Shown piece by piece: positions 1 through 6,862 of a stretch of DNA of 11,716 nt. The notes under the pieces are model-generated. The model did no database searches. It had not been told where the DNA came from and saw nothing but the letters and a program-made list of their open reading frames with translations. Position 1 is the first letter of the stretch; each line of letters opens with the position of its first letter. The position numbers and the translations under genes are program-made. Source of the stretch: a virus (Duplodnaviria; Heunggongvirae; Uroviricota; Caudoviricetes); IMG/VR virus record IMGVR_UViG_2675903352_000003, positions 1-11,716 of that record, one strand, 5' to 3'.

Positions 1-89
1 CGCCACGGGAATATCTACGGCAGCAGGCCAGTAATGGGTTAAGTGATAACAGGTGTCTGGAAATATAGGGGCAAATCCATATTAACAGT

Positions 90-965
90 ATGTTTGCTCG
101 CCTCTCAGGAGAGTTAAACGAGCTGGCGATATATGAGGCTAGCTATCAGTTAAGTCTGTTTGACTCTTTGCTTCCTGATTTTGTGGCGGATATTCATCCT
201 CTGATTGGTATCTCACCTGACACCCTTTATGCCGCTGCAATGGCGCGTCCATTTCAGGGAAGACTACTCAACGAATGGGCCTCAGACCTTGAAGCAGATC
301 GGATCAGGCGTATTACAAATACGGTACGTCAGGGTTTTTTGCTGGGTGATACCAATGAGCAGATCGCAAGAAAAATTCGTGGGCATGTCAGCAAGGGATT
401 TCAGGATGGTGCATTGCAGATGAGTCGAGCTAATGCGGGCAGTATTGTAAAAACAGCGGTTGGGCATCTTGCTGCTACTGCCCGTGAGAGTTTCGCCATG
501 GCAAACAATGATTTGATAAAGGGCAAACAATGGTTATCCACACTTGATAATCGTACTACACCACAGTGTCGAATCAGGGATCGCCTCAAATATACGCTGG
601 ATAATAAACCTATTGGTCACAAAGTACCTTATTTACAGGGGCCGGGAAAAATTCATTTCTGCTGCCGTTCAACAGAAACGTTTATTCTGAAATCTGCGAA
701 GGAACTGGGGATTGATGTTCGGGATGTTTCTCCTGCCGAGAGGGCAAGTATGGATGGGGTTGTAGCCGGAGATACGACTTACAAGGAATGGTTTTTGCGC
801 CAGTCTTATGCCAGGCAAAAACAAATAGTGGGAGAAACACGGGCAAAACTGATTCGTGATGGAGGTATGTCACCAGATGAATTTTACACCGATAAAGGTG
901 AATGGTTGACGCTGGGACAACTCCGTGAGCGTGATGCTCAGGCATTCAGAAAAGCCGGGATTTAA
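90..965 (+). CDS. phage head morphogenesis protein (Mu F / SPP1 gp7-like minor head protein), putative
   Basis: 291-aa ORF starting at the first ATG after an in-frame TAG at 66-68. It sits immediately upstream of a scaffold-like gene and the capsid gene. Cys-containing motifs (TTPQCRIRD ... KIHFCCRS) resemble the conserved Cys motifs I recall for the Phage_Mu_F family. No obvious Shine-Dalgarno, so it may be translationally coupled to an upstream gene ending in the first ~68 nt. Confidence 0.55.
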   Translation: MFARLSGELNELAIYEASYQLSLFDSLLPDFVADIHPLIGISPDTLYAAAMARPFQGRLLNEWASDLEADRIRRITNTVRQGFLLGDTNEQIARKIRGHVSKGFQDGALQMSRANAGSIVKTAVGHLAATARESFAMANNDLIKGKQWLSTLDNRTTPQCRIRDRLKYTLDNKPIGHKVPYLQGPGKIHFCCRSTETFILKSAKELGIDVRDVSPAERASMDGVVAGDTTYKEWFLRQSYARQKQIVGETRAKLIRDGGMSPDEFYTDKGEWLTLGQLRERDAQAFRKAGI

Positions 966-984
966 ATTAATTATTTATTACAAC

Positions 985-1012
985 AGGCTATCTTCGGGTG
1001 GCCTTTTTTATT
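985..1012 (+). terminator. intrinsic terminator-like hairpin with cUUCGg tetraloop
   Basis: Stem 985-992 (aggctatc) pairs with 997-1004 (ggtggcct): 8 bp including two G-U pairs. Loop ttcg at 993-996, followed by tttttatt at 1005-1012. Lies 20 nt after the stop of the upstream CDS. Confidence 0.5.
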
Positions 1013-1069
1013 GCTGCAATCTGGATAGTGAGCAGTGTAACAGTCGGAAGACTTAAATCAGGTATTAAT

Positions 1070-1834
1070 ATGAAACTGAAAACAGTAGAGATTAACGGAA
1101 AAAAATACGCAGAAATCGATACTGCTGGTCTGCCAGTTTATGTGCATGATGATGGTAAAGAAATCGGCTTCGATGCACCGCTGGCAGCCAGAAAAATTAC
1201 AGAACTTAATGGCGAGGCGAAAAATCATCGTCTGGCTAAAGAGGCCGCAGAGGAAAAACTTGCCAGGTTCGCTGCCATCGATGACCCGAAAAAGGCGATT
1301 GAGGCGCTGGAAATGCTGTCCAAAATTGACCAGAAAAAACTGATTGATGCGGGACAGGTTGACCAGGTTAAAGCAGAAATTACGAAAAATTTTCAGCAGC
1401 AATTAGACGAAGAAAAGCAACGCTCTCAGATGCTGGAGAAGCAGCTTTACGATTCCATGATTGGCGGTAGTTTTGCTGGTTCAAAATATATTGCCGATAA
1501 AATTGCGATCCCGGCAGATTTATTACAGGCCCGCTTCGGACAGTCATTCAAAGTGGAAGAAGGGAAGATCGTTGCTTATGACGCTTCCGGCAACAAAATT
1601 TACTCCCGCACGAAGCCAGGCGAACTGGCGCAGTTTGATGAGGCGCTGGAGTTCCTCGTCGAAAATTACCCTCAGAAAGACTACATCCTGAAAGCCAGTG
1701 GCAACAATGGTGGCGGCTCCCGTCCGACACAGCATGATATTGGTCAGAAAACGATGAAGCGATCAGCTTTTGATGCACTGGATGTTGCAGGTAAGCAAAA
1801 CGCACTGAAAGACGGTATCACTATCGTTGACTAA
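1070..1834 (+). CDS. putative scaffolding protein
   Basis: ORF track gives 998..1834 from a GTG, but that start lies inside the terminator hairpin. The first in-frame ATG is at 1070 (MKLKTVEING...), with AGG 7 nt upstream. The 254-aa product is K/E/Q-rich and predicted helical, and sits directly upstream of the capsid gene, as scaffolds typically do. Confidence 0.5.
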   Translation: MKLKTVEINGKKYAEIDTAGLPVYVHDDGKEIGFDAPLAARKITELNGEAKNHRLAKEAAEEKLARFAAIDDPKKAIEALEMLSKIDQKKLIDAGQVDQVKAEITKNFQQQLDEEKQRSQMLEKQLYDSMIGGSFAGSKYIADKIAIPADLLQARFGQSFKVEEGKIVAYDASGNKIYSRTKPGELAQFDEALEFLVENYPQKDYILKASGNNGGGSRPTQHDIGQKTMKRSAFDALDVAGKQNALKDGITIVD

Positions 1835-1933
1835 CACATTTTGCCAGTTCCTGGATGGGGACTGGCGTCAGGGCTGGATAGCTCACTACTCAATTCATTT
1901 ACAATTACGCAAAATTTTAAGGAATATTTAATT

Positions 1934-3073
1934 ATGGCTGGAAATACCCTGACCGGGTTGATCCCGACTATTTACACCGCCCTGGATGTTGTATCCCGTG
2001 AGCAGGTAGGTTTTATTCCTGCGGTAGCAAAAAACGCAAAAGCTGACGCTGCAGCAAAAGATCAAACGGTAACCGCGCCAGTTGCGCCTGATGCGAAAAC
2101 TGAAGATATCGTACCGGGCCCGTCAGCTCCGAATACTGGAGATCAAAATATTGGCACTGTTGATGTAAAAATTACTAAATCTAAAATGGCGCCAGTTAAA
2201 TGGAATGGTGAAGAACAACTGGCGCTTGGTCCTTCCGGGACTTACAACACCATTCTGGCTGATCAGTTCAAGCAAGCTTTTCGAGCACTTGCAAACGAGG
2301 TTGAGGCTGATCTTGGCGCACTGTATTTCGGTGCTTCTCGTGCTGTTGGGACCGCGGGGACAACGCCGTTTGGTGTTAAAGATGATCTTTCTGATGCGGC
2401 TCTGGCTCGTCAGATTCTGGAGGATAACGGGGCACCGACAACCGATTTACAGATGGTACTTGGCTCCACCGCTATTGCTAATTTGCGCGGAAAACAGTCC
2501 GTATTGTTTAAAGTGAATGAATCTGGCACTGAGCAGCTACTGCGCGAGGGTGTGTTGGGGCGCCTGGAGGGATTCAGTATTCACAGTTCGGCAGGTGTAA
2601 AACGAGTACCAAAAGCCACTGCAACTGGTTATCTTGTGAATGGTGAGAAGAAAGAAGGTGATGTTCTTATTTCCATTGATACTGGTTCGGGGAATATTTC
2701 GGCAGGGCAGATTGTTACTTTCGATGGCGATCCTAATCAGTATGTTGTGGCTGCTGCAACCAGTAATCTGATTACCCTTGCTGCACCAGGTCTACGTCAG
2801 GATCTGGCTGATGATACTGCAATCACGGTTGTCGGCTCATTTACTGCAAATATGGCGTTCGATCGCAACGCATTTCTGTTGGCATCCCGTACCCCGGCAA
2901 TGCCGGAGGGCGGCGATAGCGCTGATGATGTAATGAATGTTACGGACCCAATCTCGGGAATTACATTTCAGATTGCACTGTATCGTCAGTATCGTCAGGT
3001 ACGTTATGAAGTTGGGCTGGCATGGGGCGTTTCGTCAGTGAAACCTGCGCATAGCTGCCTGATTATTGGATAA
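1934..3073 (+). CDS. major capsid protein, putative
   Basis: ORF track gives 1841..3073 from a TTG. The in-frame ATG at 1934 (MAGNTLTG...) has AAGGA about 10 nt upstream and is the likelier start. The 379-aa product is Ala/Gly/Thr-rich, follows the scaffold gene, and is followed by a strong terminator hairpin. Assignment is by position and size, not by confirmed homology. Confidence 0.6.
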   Translation: MAGNTLTGLIPTIYTALDVVSREQVGFIPAVAKNAKADAAAKDQTVTAPVAPDAKTEDIVPGPSAPNTGDQNIGTVDVKITKSKMAPVKWNGEEQLALGPSGTYNTILADQFKQAFRALANEVEADLGALYFGASRAVGTAGTTPFGVKDDLSDAALARQILEDNGAPTTDLQMVLGSTAIANLRGKQSVLFKVNESGTEQLLREGVLGRLEGFSIHSSAGVKRVPKATATGYLVNGEKKEGDVLISIDTGSGNISAGQIVTFDGDPNQYVVAAATSNLITLAAPGLRQDLADDTAITVVGSFTANMAFDRNAFLLASRTPAMPEGGDSADDVMNVTDPISGITFQIALYRQYRQVRYEVGLAWGVSSVKPAHSCLIIG

Positions 3074-3077
3074 AATC

Positions 3078-3102
3078 AAAAAGGGGCTTCGGTCCCTTTT
3101 TT
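3078..3102 (+). terminator. intrinsic terminator with cUUCGg tetraloop
   Basis: Stem 3078-3087 (aaaaaggggc) pairs with 3092-3101 (gtcccttttt): 10 bp with one G-U. Loop ttcg at 3088-3091, with a T-run through 3102. Begins 5 nt after the capsid stop codon (3071-3073). Confidence 0.7.
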
Positions 3103-3114
3103 AATGGAGGGTAT

Positions 3115-3339
3115 ATGGCTGGATTGACTAAAGATCAAAGAGCACAGCGTGATGCCGCGCAAAAAAATGCAGTGTCGGAGCGGAAGGCGGCGCAAACCAG
3201 GGAACCACAAAAAACACCGATTAAGTTGGTAGTTATGATGACCGAGAATCAGATATTCCCCGGTGCCCCAACAATCGCTAATGTTCATCCTGATGAAGTT
3301 GACAATTGGAAGGCGCTGGGCTGGAAAACACAGGAGTAG
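3115..3339 (+). CDS. hypothetical small protein (74 aa), function unknown
   Basis: ATG at 3115 with GGAGG at 3106-3110. Its stop at 3337-3339 is 4 nt before the next gene start. N-terminal half is highly charged and K/Q/A-rich (TKDQRAQRDAAQKNAVSERKAAQTREPQK). I recognise no motif. Confidence 0.5.
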   Translation: MAGLTKDQRAQRDAAQKNAVSERKAAQTREPQKTPIKLVVMMTENQIFPGAPTIANVHPDEVDNWKALGWKTQE

Positions 3340-3342
3340 CGC

Positions 3343-3738
3343 ATGATCACTTACGTTACCTGTGATGATGTTGATAATACGCTTGGGAAAAACTGGGCGA
3401 ATGAGGATGTTAAAAATAAAGCGGTTTTAATGGCCAATGCCTGGTTGAATAACTTTAGTCTGAAGGTTGATCCATCCAGTATTCCTGACGAGGTAAAGCT
3501 CGCTGGAGCATATGCTGCCAGAGTCGCTTCTGTAGGTAAGTTATTTCAGCAGAAAAATGATTCTGGTGTTGTTATAAATAAAACTGTGTCGGCTGATGGG
3601 GTTAGTGTATCGAAATCATTTGCTGAATTATCAGCAAACAGCACTGCATTGCTTGAGCCCGATTTACAGCTTGCGCTGGCGCTGCTGAAACCGTACGGAC
3701 TGAGTCACTCACAAGTCAGGGTTGTGAGGGGGGGATGA
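3343..3738 (+). CDS. head-tail connector / adaptor protein (gp6-like), putative
   Basis: 131-aa ORF with AGGAG at 3332-3336 six nt upstream of the ATG. Size and position (first of the neck genes after the capsid) fit a head-tail adaptor. Its stop overlaps the next start (ATGA at 3735-3738). Confidence 0.45.
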   Translation: MITYVTCDDVDNTLGKNWANEDVKNKAVLMANAWLNNFSLKVDPSSIPDEVKLAGAYAARVASVGKLFQQKNDSGVVINKTVSADGVSVSKSFAELSANSTALLEPDLQLALALLKPYGLSHSQVRVVRGG

Positions 3739-4115
3739 TGGGGATTCGTGATGAGATTCAGGATGAGGTTGCCGCTGCTTTTGATGGTGATTTAGCTGAT
3801 GCGGTGAATAATTTTTCTGGTTCTTACGTTACGCACCAGGGGTGGGAGCCTGTGACGGAGACAGGCCGCGAACTTACAACAACATATACCGGACGAGGTG
3901 TGTTGGCACGCTATAAGCTTGGCAGAGTTGATGGAATTAATATTTTGCACGGCGACCTTAAGTTAACTGCTCTGGCCTGTGAGGTTACGGATAAACCTGC
4001 TATCGGACATATTATTGAGACTTATGATCCTGTATCAAGGCAGTTACAACGATACGAGATAATTACAGTACATGTAGATCCTTCCGCATCGGTTTATTCT
4101 ATCCAGTTAAGGTGA
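3735..4115 (+). CDS. head-tail joining / head closure protein, putative
   Basis: 126-aa ORF whose start overlaps the upstream stop (ATGA), with a G-rich SD (gaggggggg) upstream. Position in the neck gene block. Confidence 0.4.
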   Translation: MMGIRDEIQDEVAAAFDGDLADAVNNFSGSYVTHQGWEPVTETGRELTTTYTGRGVLARYKLGRVDGINILHGDLKLTALACEVTDKPAIGHIIETYDPVSRQLQRYEIITVHVDPSASVYSIQLR

Positions 4116-4121
4116 AAGTAA

Positions 4122-4502
4122 ATGGCAAAGGCATGGGATCTGGAACCGTCAATATTTGTTGGGATGATTGAGGAAGATGTGGGACTGAAAATTCGCTACA
4201 TCGCTATTCAGATTCTTACAGCTATTGATATTGCCGCTCCGGTTGATACCGGGCGTTTCAGAAATAATAATCTGGTATCGTTACAGCACCCAGATTTTAG
4301 TATATCTGATAATGTGGATCCGAATGGCACGATTGCACTTCAACGTGGAATCGGGGTTATTTCAAAAGCGGCGAATTACGGAATCATCTACATCCAGAAT
4401 AACCTGCCTTATGCCGAATCTATTGAGGATGGACATTCTCAACAAGCGCCAACAGGTGTGTATGCTAATGCTTTTAATGGTGTTTCGCAGATTTATAAAT
4501 GA
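4122..4502 (+). CDS. HK97 gp10-like neck/tail-component protein, putative
   Basis: 126-aa ORF with AGGTGA SD about 7 nt upstream. Contains a DTGRFRNN motif resembling the DTG-x-LR-x-S signature I recall for the HK97 gp10 family. Its stop overlaps the next start (ATGA at 4499-4502). Confidence 0.5.
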   Translation: MAKAWDLEPSIFVGMIEEDVGLKIRYIAIQILTAIDIAAPVDTGRFRNNNLVSLQHPDFSISDNVDPNGTIALQRGIGVISKAANYGIIYIQNNLPYAESIEDGHSQQAPTGVYANAFNGVSQIYK

Positions 4503-4891
4503 CTTTTACTGAAATCAGAAATGCTGTTATTTCCAGAATGACGGCACAGACGGTTATTGATGGAAAAGATGTATTATATCCAAACGGGCCAACATTCGAT
4601 CCGTCAGGTAAGTTAATCTGGGCGCGGTTAAGTGATATCCCCGGTCTGGCTGGGACTAATGAAATTGGTGCGGGTCCGGTTGTTTATCGCACGGGGATAA
4701 TTATTATTCAGTTATTTGTTCCCGCAGGCTCTGGCTCAAAACTTATTACTGAGACGGCGGATAAATTGCGAGAATTGTTTGAATTTCAGGATGATGATCG
4801 TCTCAGCTACCAGGCTGTTTCCTCAATAGCCGTTGGTGAAAAGAATGGCTGGTTCCAGCTTAATCTTCAAATTCCATATCGAGCGCTCTAG
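4499..4891 (+). CDS. tail terminator / tail completion protein (gpU-like), putative
   Basis: 130-aa ORF immediately upstream of the major tail gene, with ATGA start-stop overlap to the upstream gene. Size and position fit a tail terminator. Confidence 0.45.
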   Translation: MTFTEIRNAVISRMTAQTVIDGKDVLYPNGPTFDPSGKLIWARLSDIPGLAGTNEIGAGPVVYRTGIIIIQLFVPAGSGSKLITETADKLRELFEFQDDDRLSYQAVSSIAVGEKNGWFQLNLQIPYRAL

Positions 4892-4917
4892 CGCAATTAA
4901 TGACATAGGAGGCTCCT

Positions 4918-5880
4918 GTGAGTTCAGGTGCAAAGGTTATCTCGGCATTTATCCGGGAGACAATTGCAGGCACCACGCCAGCTAGTGGTGACTGGAGTTT
5001 ATTAAAGCGCACAAGCTGGGGAGTAAAACCAACCCAGAATAAAGGCGAAAATAATGAGATCGGTGGTTCTCGTATGGCTCAGGGGGCGACGCCTGGCACT
5101 GTGGATGTCGGCGGTGATGTTGGTACCAAATTTCGCTGGGGCCAACATGATGATTTCCTTGCATCCTGTTTCGGCGCGGAATGGTCAGGAGATTCTCTGA
5201 CTATGGGGAATGAGCGAATAACATTTTCTCTGGCAACATATGCGTCAGATGTAGGAATTGCCTCTGTCGTCAGGGGGGCACAGGTTGGATCGTGGAAAAT
5301 GCAGATTCCTAACGACGGTGATATTACTGCGACAGTCACTTTTGCCGGGCTGGACTGGGAATCAAAGGCCGATGATACAAATTTTATCAAAGGCGAGCCT
5401 GTAGATAGTGCAGGAAAGTTACGTTATTCGTTTAAGGAAGTTTCAGCAGTAAGTCTGAATGGTGTTGCCGGAGGTAACGGTTTTTGTATCGACAGCTTTG
5501 ATATCCAGTTCGATAACAAACTTCAGACCCAGCGTTGTGTCGGGACTGGTTCTCCTTATGCAGGAGCAAATATTCCGACTACTTTTACACCGTCCGGTAC
5601 GGTGACGCTTTCATGGTCTAAAGCCGCGTGGGAAATCTGGAGTAAAACATTAACTGGAGAAACAGTTCCGTTCAGCTTCACGCTTTCGAATGGAGAGGGG
5701 GCATATACTTTCAGTTTCCCGAAGGTTCAGATATCAGGTGAATGGCCTGACGGCGGTAATACCGATATTATCCAGGTCCAGTTGAGTATTACCGCTGCTG
5801 ATGAAGCGCCAACTATCACCAGAAAAAAAGCTTCCCCGGCTGCAGTGATTGCAAAAGCCAGTGCTGAGTCGATTAGTTGA
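4918..5880 (+). CDS. major tail protein, putative
   Basis: 320-aa ORF starting at GTG 4918, with a perfect AGGAGG at 4907-4912 five nt upstream. Gly/Thr/Ser-rich, and located directly upstream of the G / G-T chaperone pair as major tail genes are in siphoviruses. Confidence 0.6.
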   Translation: MSSGAKVISAFIRETIAGTTPASGDWSLLKRTSWGVKPTQNKGENNEIGGSRMAQGATPGTVDVGGDVGTKFRWGQHDDFLASCFGAEWSGDSLTMGNERITFSLATYASDVGIASVVRGAQVGSWKMQIPNDGDITATVTFAGLDWESKADDTNFIKGEPVDSAGKLRYSFKEVSAVSLNGVAGGNGFCIDSFDIQFDNKLQTQRCVGTGSPYAGANIPTTFTPSGTVTLSWSKAAWEIWSKTLTGETVPFSFTLSNGEGAYTFSFPKVQISGEWPDGGNTDIIQVQLSITAADEAPTITRKKASPAAVIAKASAESIS

Positions 5881-5940
5881 TTTTCCGTTATTCCCCCTGT
5901 GGTATTGCGCTACAGGGTGGTGTTTTGAATGAGGTTATAG

Positions 5941-6492
5941 ATGTTTATTCTTGAACAGAAAACTATCATCGGTGGAGAACGCTGGTTTACGCCAATGAAG
6001 GACTTAGAACCTATTGCTGGGTTACAACTGTTGGTGGCAAGCAGTGATAATGATCAGTATCGCTCCCGTAATGCATTAATCCGTCGCCACATTGAGAAAA
6101 TGGATGCCAGTTTGCATGTCGGAACGAAGGCGTTTGATATTGCAAAGGTCGTCGAGGTGGACTCTGTTGATGATTTACTCATTGATAACGCCGCTCGTTA
6201 TCTGCTGAAAGACTGGAAAGGGGTTGGAGAGCTGGTAGATGGTGTTGAGGTCGCGCTGGAATATACACCAGAAAGAGGTGCTGCGCTGCTCAAGCAGAAT
6301 CCAGAGTTGTACTGGCAAATCCTTGCAGAAGCCGCCAGAATCGCCCAGGGAAAAGAGCAGCAAAAGCAGGATACGATAAAAAAGCCATTGCCGCCCAGCG
6401 GTGGATATCGGAGTTCGGGGGAGAAAAGGGTGAAAAGGCAAGGTGGAAACGAGAAAAGCTCAGATTGCCGCCGCTCCCGGAGCCAGAAATAG
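5941..6492 (+). CDS. tail assembly chaperone (lambda gpG analogue)
   Basis: 183-aa ORF with GAGG SD about 6 nt upstream of ATG 5941. It lies immediately upstream of the tape measure gene and contains an A_AAA_AAG slippery heptamer near its 3' end. Its last 108 nt overlap an open -1 frame that continues to 6698. Confidence 0.7.
   Translation: MFILEQKTIIGGERWFTPMKDLEPIAGLQLLVASSDNDQYRSRNALIRRHIEKMDASLHVGTKAFDIAKVVEVDSVDDLLIDNAARYLLKDWKGVGELVDGVEVALEYTPERGAALLKQNPELYWQILAEAARIAQGKEQQKQDTIKKPLPPSGGYRSSGEKRVKRQGGNEKSSDCRRSRSQK
6378..6384 (+). promoter_or_regulatory. programmed -1 ribosomal frameshift slippery heptamer A_AAA_AAG (G to G-T)
   Basis: In the G frame the codons are ata(6376) aaa(6379) aag(6382), so 6378-6384 reads A AAA AAG in X_XXY_YYZ register. 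The -1 frame is open from 6249 through 6695. Confidence 0.6.
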
Positions 6493-6698
6493 ACCCGGTT
6501 ATTAGGGAATTGTTGTACGCCTATTCGGTGATATCCCGTGCCCGGCGTTATGCTGGAATGGCTGGGGTGCCTTTGCCTTTATCTCTGTCAGAGATAAATG
6601 AATATTTAGCCACTCATCCGGTATTGATTGAGCGCGATGAATTTGAAGCAGTGATCTTTGCACTGGATGACCAGTATTTTCAGGAGCAGTGTGTGTAG
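6384..6698 (+). CDS. T segment of the G-T tail assembly chaperone fusion, expressed by -1 frameshift from G
   Basis: The -1 frame relative to G is open from the slip site to TAG at 6696-6698. It has no credible independent start (ORF track uses TTG 6465 with no SD). The arrangement matches the conserved G / G-T pair upstream of tape measure genes. Predicted fusion is about 252 aa (148 from G plus 104). Confidence 0.55.
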   Translation, partial: AIAAQRWISEFGGEKGEKARWKREKLRLPPLPEPEIDPVIRELLYAYSVISRARRYAGMAGVPLPLSLSEINEYLATHPVLIERDEFEAVIFALDDQYFQEQCV

Positions 6699-6818
6699 TT
6701 GTTAATTACGTACACTCTGTTACAGAGATGTGATAGTGTCTTTAATTAAATCGATGATGCTCCTGGAGAAAAGCATTGCGTGGCCTCGTAATCGCTATAT
6801 CTACTATTATGTCGCCTG

Positions 6819-6846
6819 AAACCCACTTCGGTGGGTTTTTTTGTTG
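6819..6846 (+). terminator. intrinsic terminator with cUUCGg tetraloop
   Basis: Perfect 8-bp stem, 6819-6826 (aaacccac) with 6831-6838 (gtgggttt). Loop ttcg at 6827-6830, followed by ttttg ttg. Lies in the 164-bp spacer between T and H, 17 nt upstream of the H start codon. Confidence 0.7.
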
Positions 6847-6862
6847 TCAGGAGTTTTAATAA

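Noticed and set aside
1-89. Possible 3' end of an upstream gene (portal or terminase expected by synteny)
   Set aside because: All three forward frames hit stops at 32-34, 40-42 or 66-68, and with under 70 nt there is no way to choose the frame or identify the protein, so no feature was called.
998-1069. GTG 998 as scaffold start, and TTG 1841 as capsid start, as given in the ORF track
   Set aside because: GTG 998 lies inside the terminator hairpin stem and TTG 1841 lies 7 nt after the scaffold stop without an SD. In-frame ATGs at 1070 and 1934, with purine-rich SD-like sequences, are more plausible.
1140-1343. 67-aa very basic (K/R-rich) plus-strand ORF inside the scaffold gene in another frame
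   Set aside because: It is the shifted reading frame of a GAA/AAA-rich helical scaffold sequence, has no SD, and is fully embedded in a well-supported gene.
1835-1933. 99-bp scaffold-capsid spacer with a short inverted repeat (ccagt 1844-1848 / actgg 1861-1865)
   Set aside because: Only 5 bp of complementarity with a 12-nt loop and no T-run; too weak to call a terminator or operator. Probably just an AT-rich translation-initiation leader.
2205-2516. 103-aa alternate-frame ORF inside the capsid gene
   Set aside because: Embedded out-of-frame ORF with no SD and a hydrophobic junk-like composition; the capsid frame is the long one.
4225-4512. 95-aa alternate-frame ORF inside the gp10-like gene
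   Set aside because: Embedded out-of-frame with no ribosome-binding site; the main frame carries the family-like DTGRFRNN motif.
6465-6698. T as an independent 77-aa gene starting at TTG 6465
   Set aside because: No SD, a non-canonical start, and the frame is open upstream through an in-register A_AAA_AAG slippery site. The conserved G / G-T frameshift arrangement explains it better.
6754-6819. 21-codon ORF (MMLLEKSIAWPRNRYIYYYVA) in the T-H spacer
   Set aside because: No SD, and it ends at the terminator stem; insufficient to call a micropeptide.
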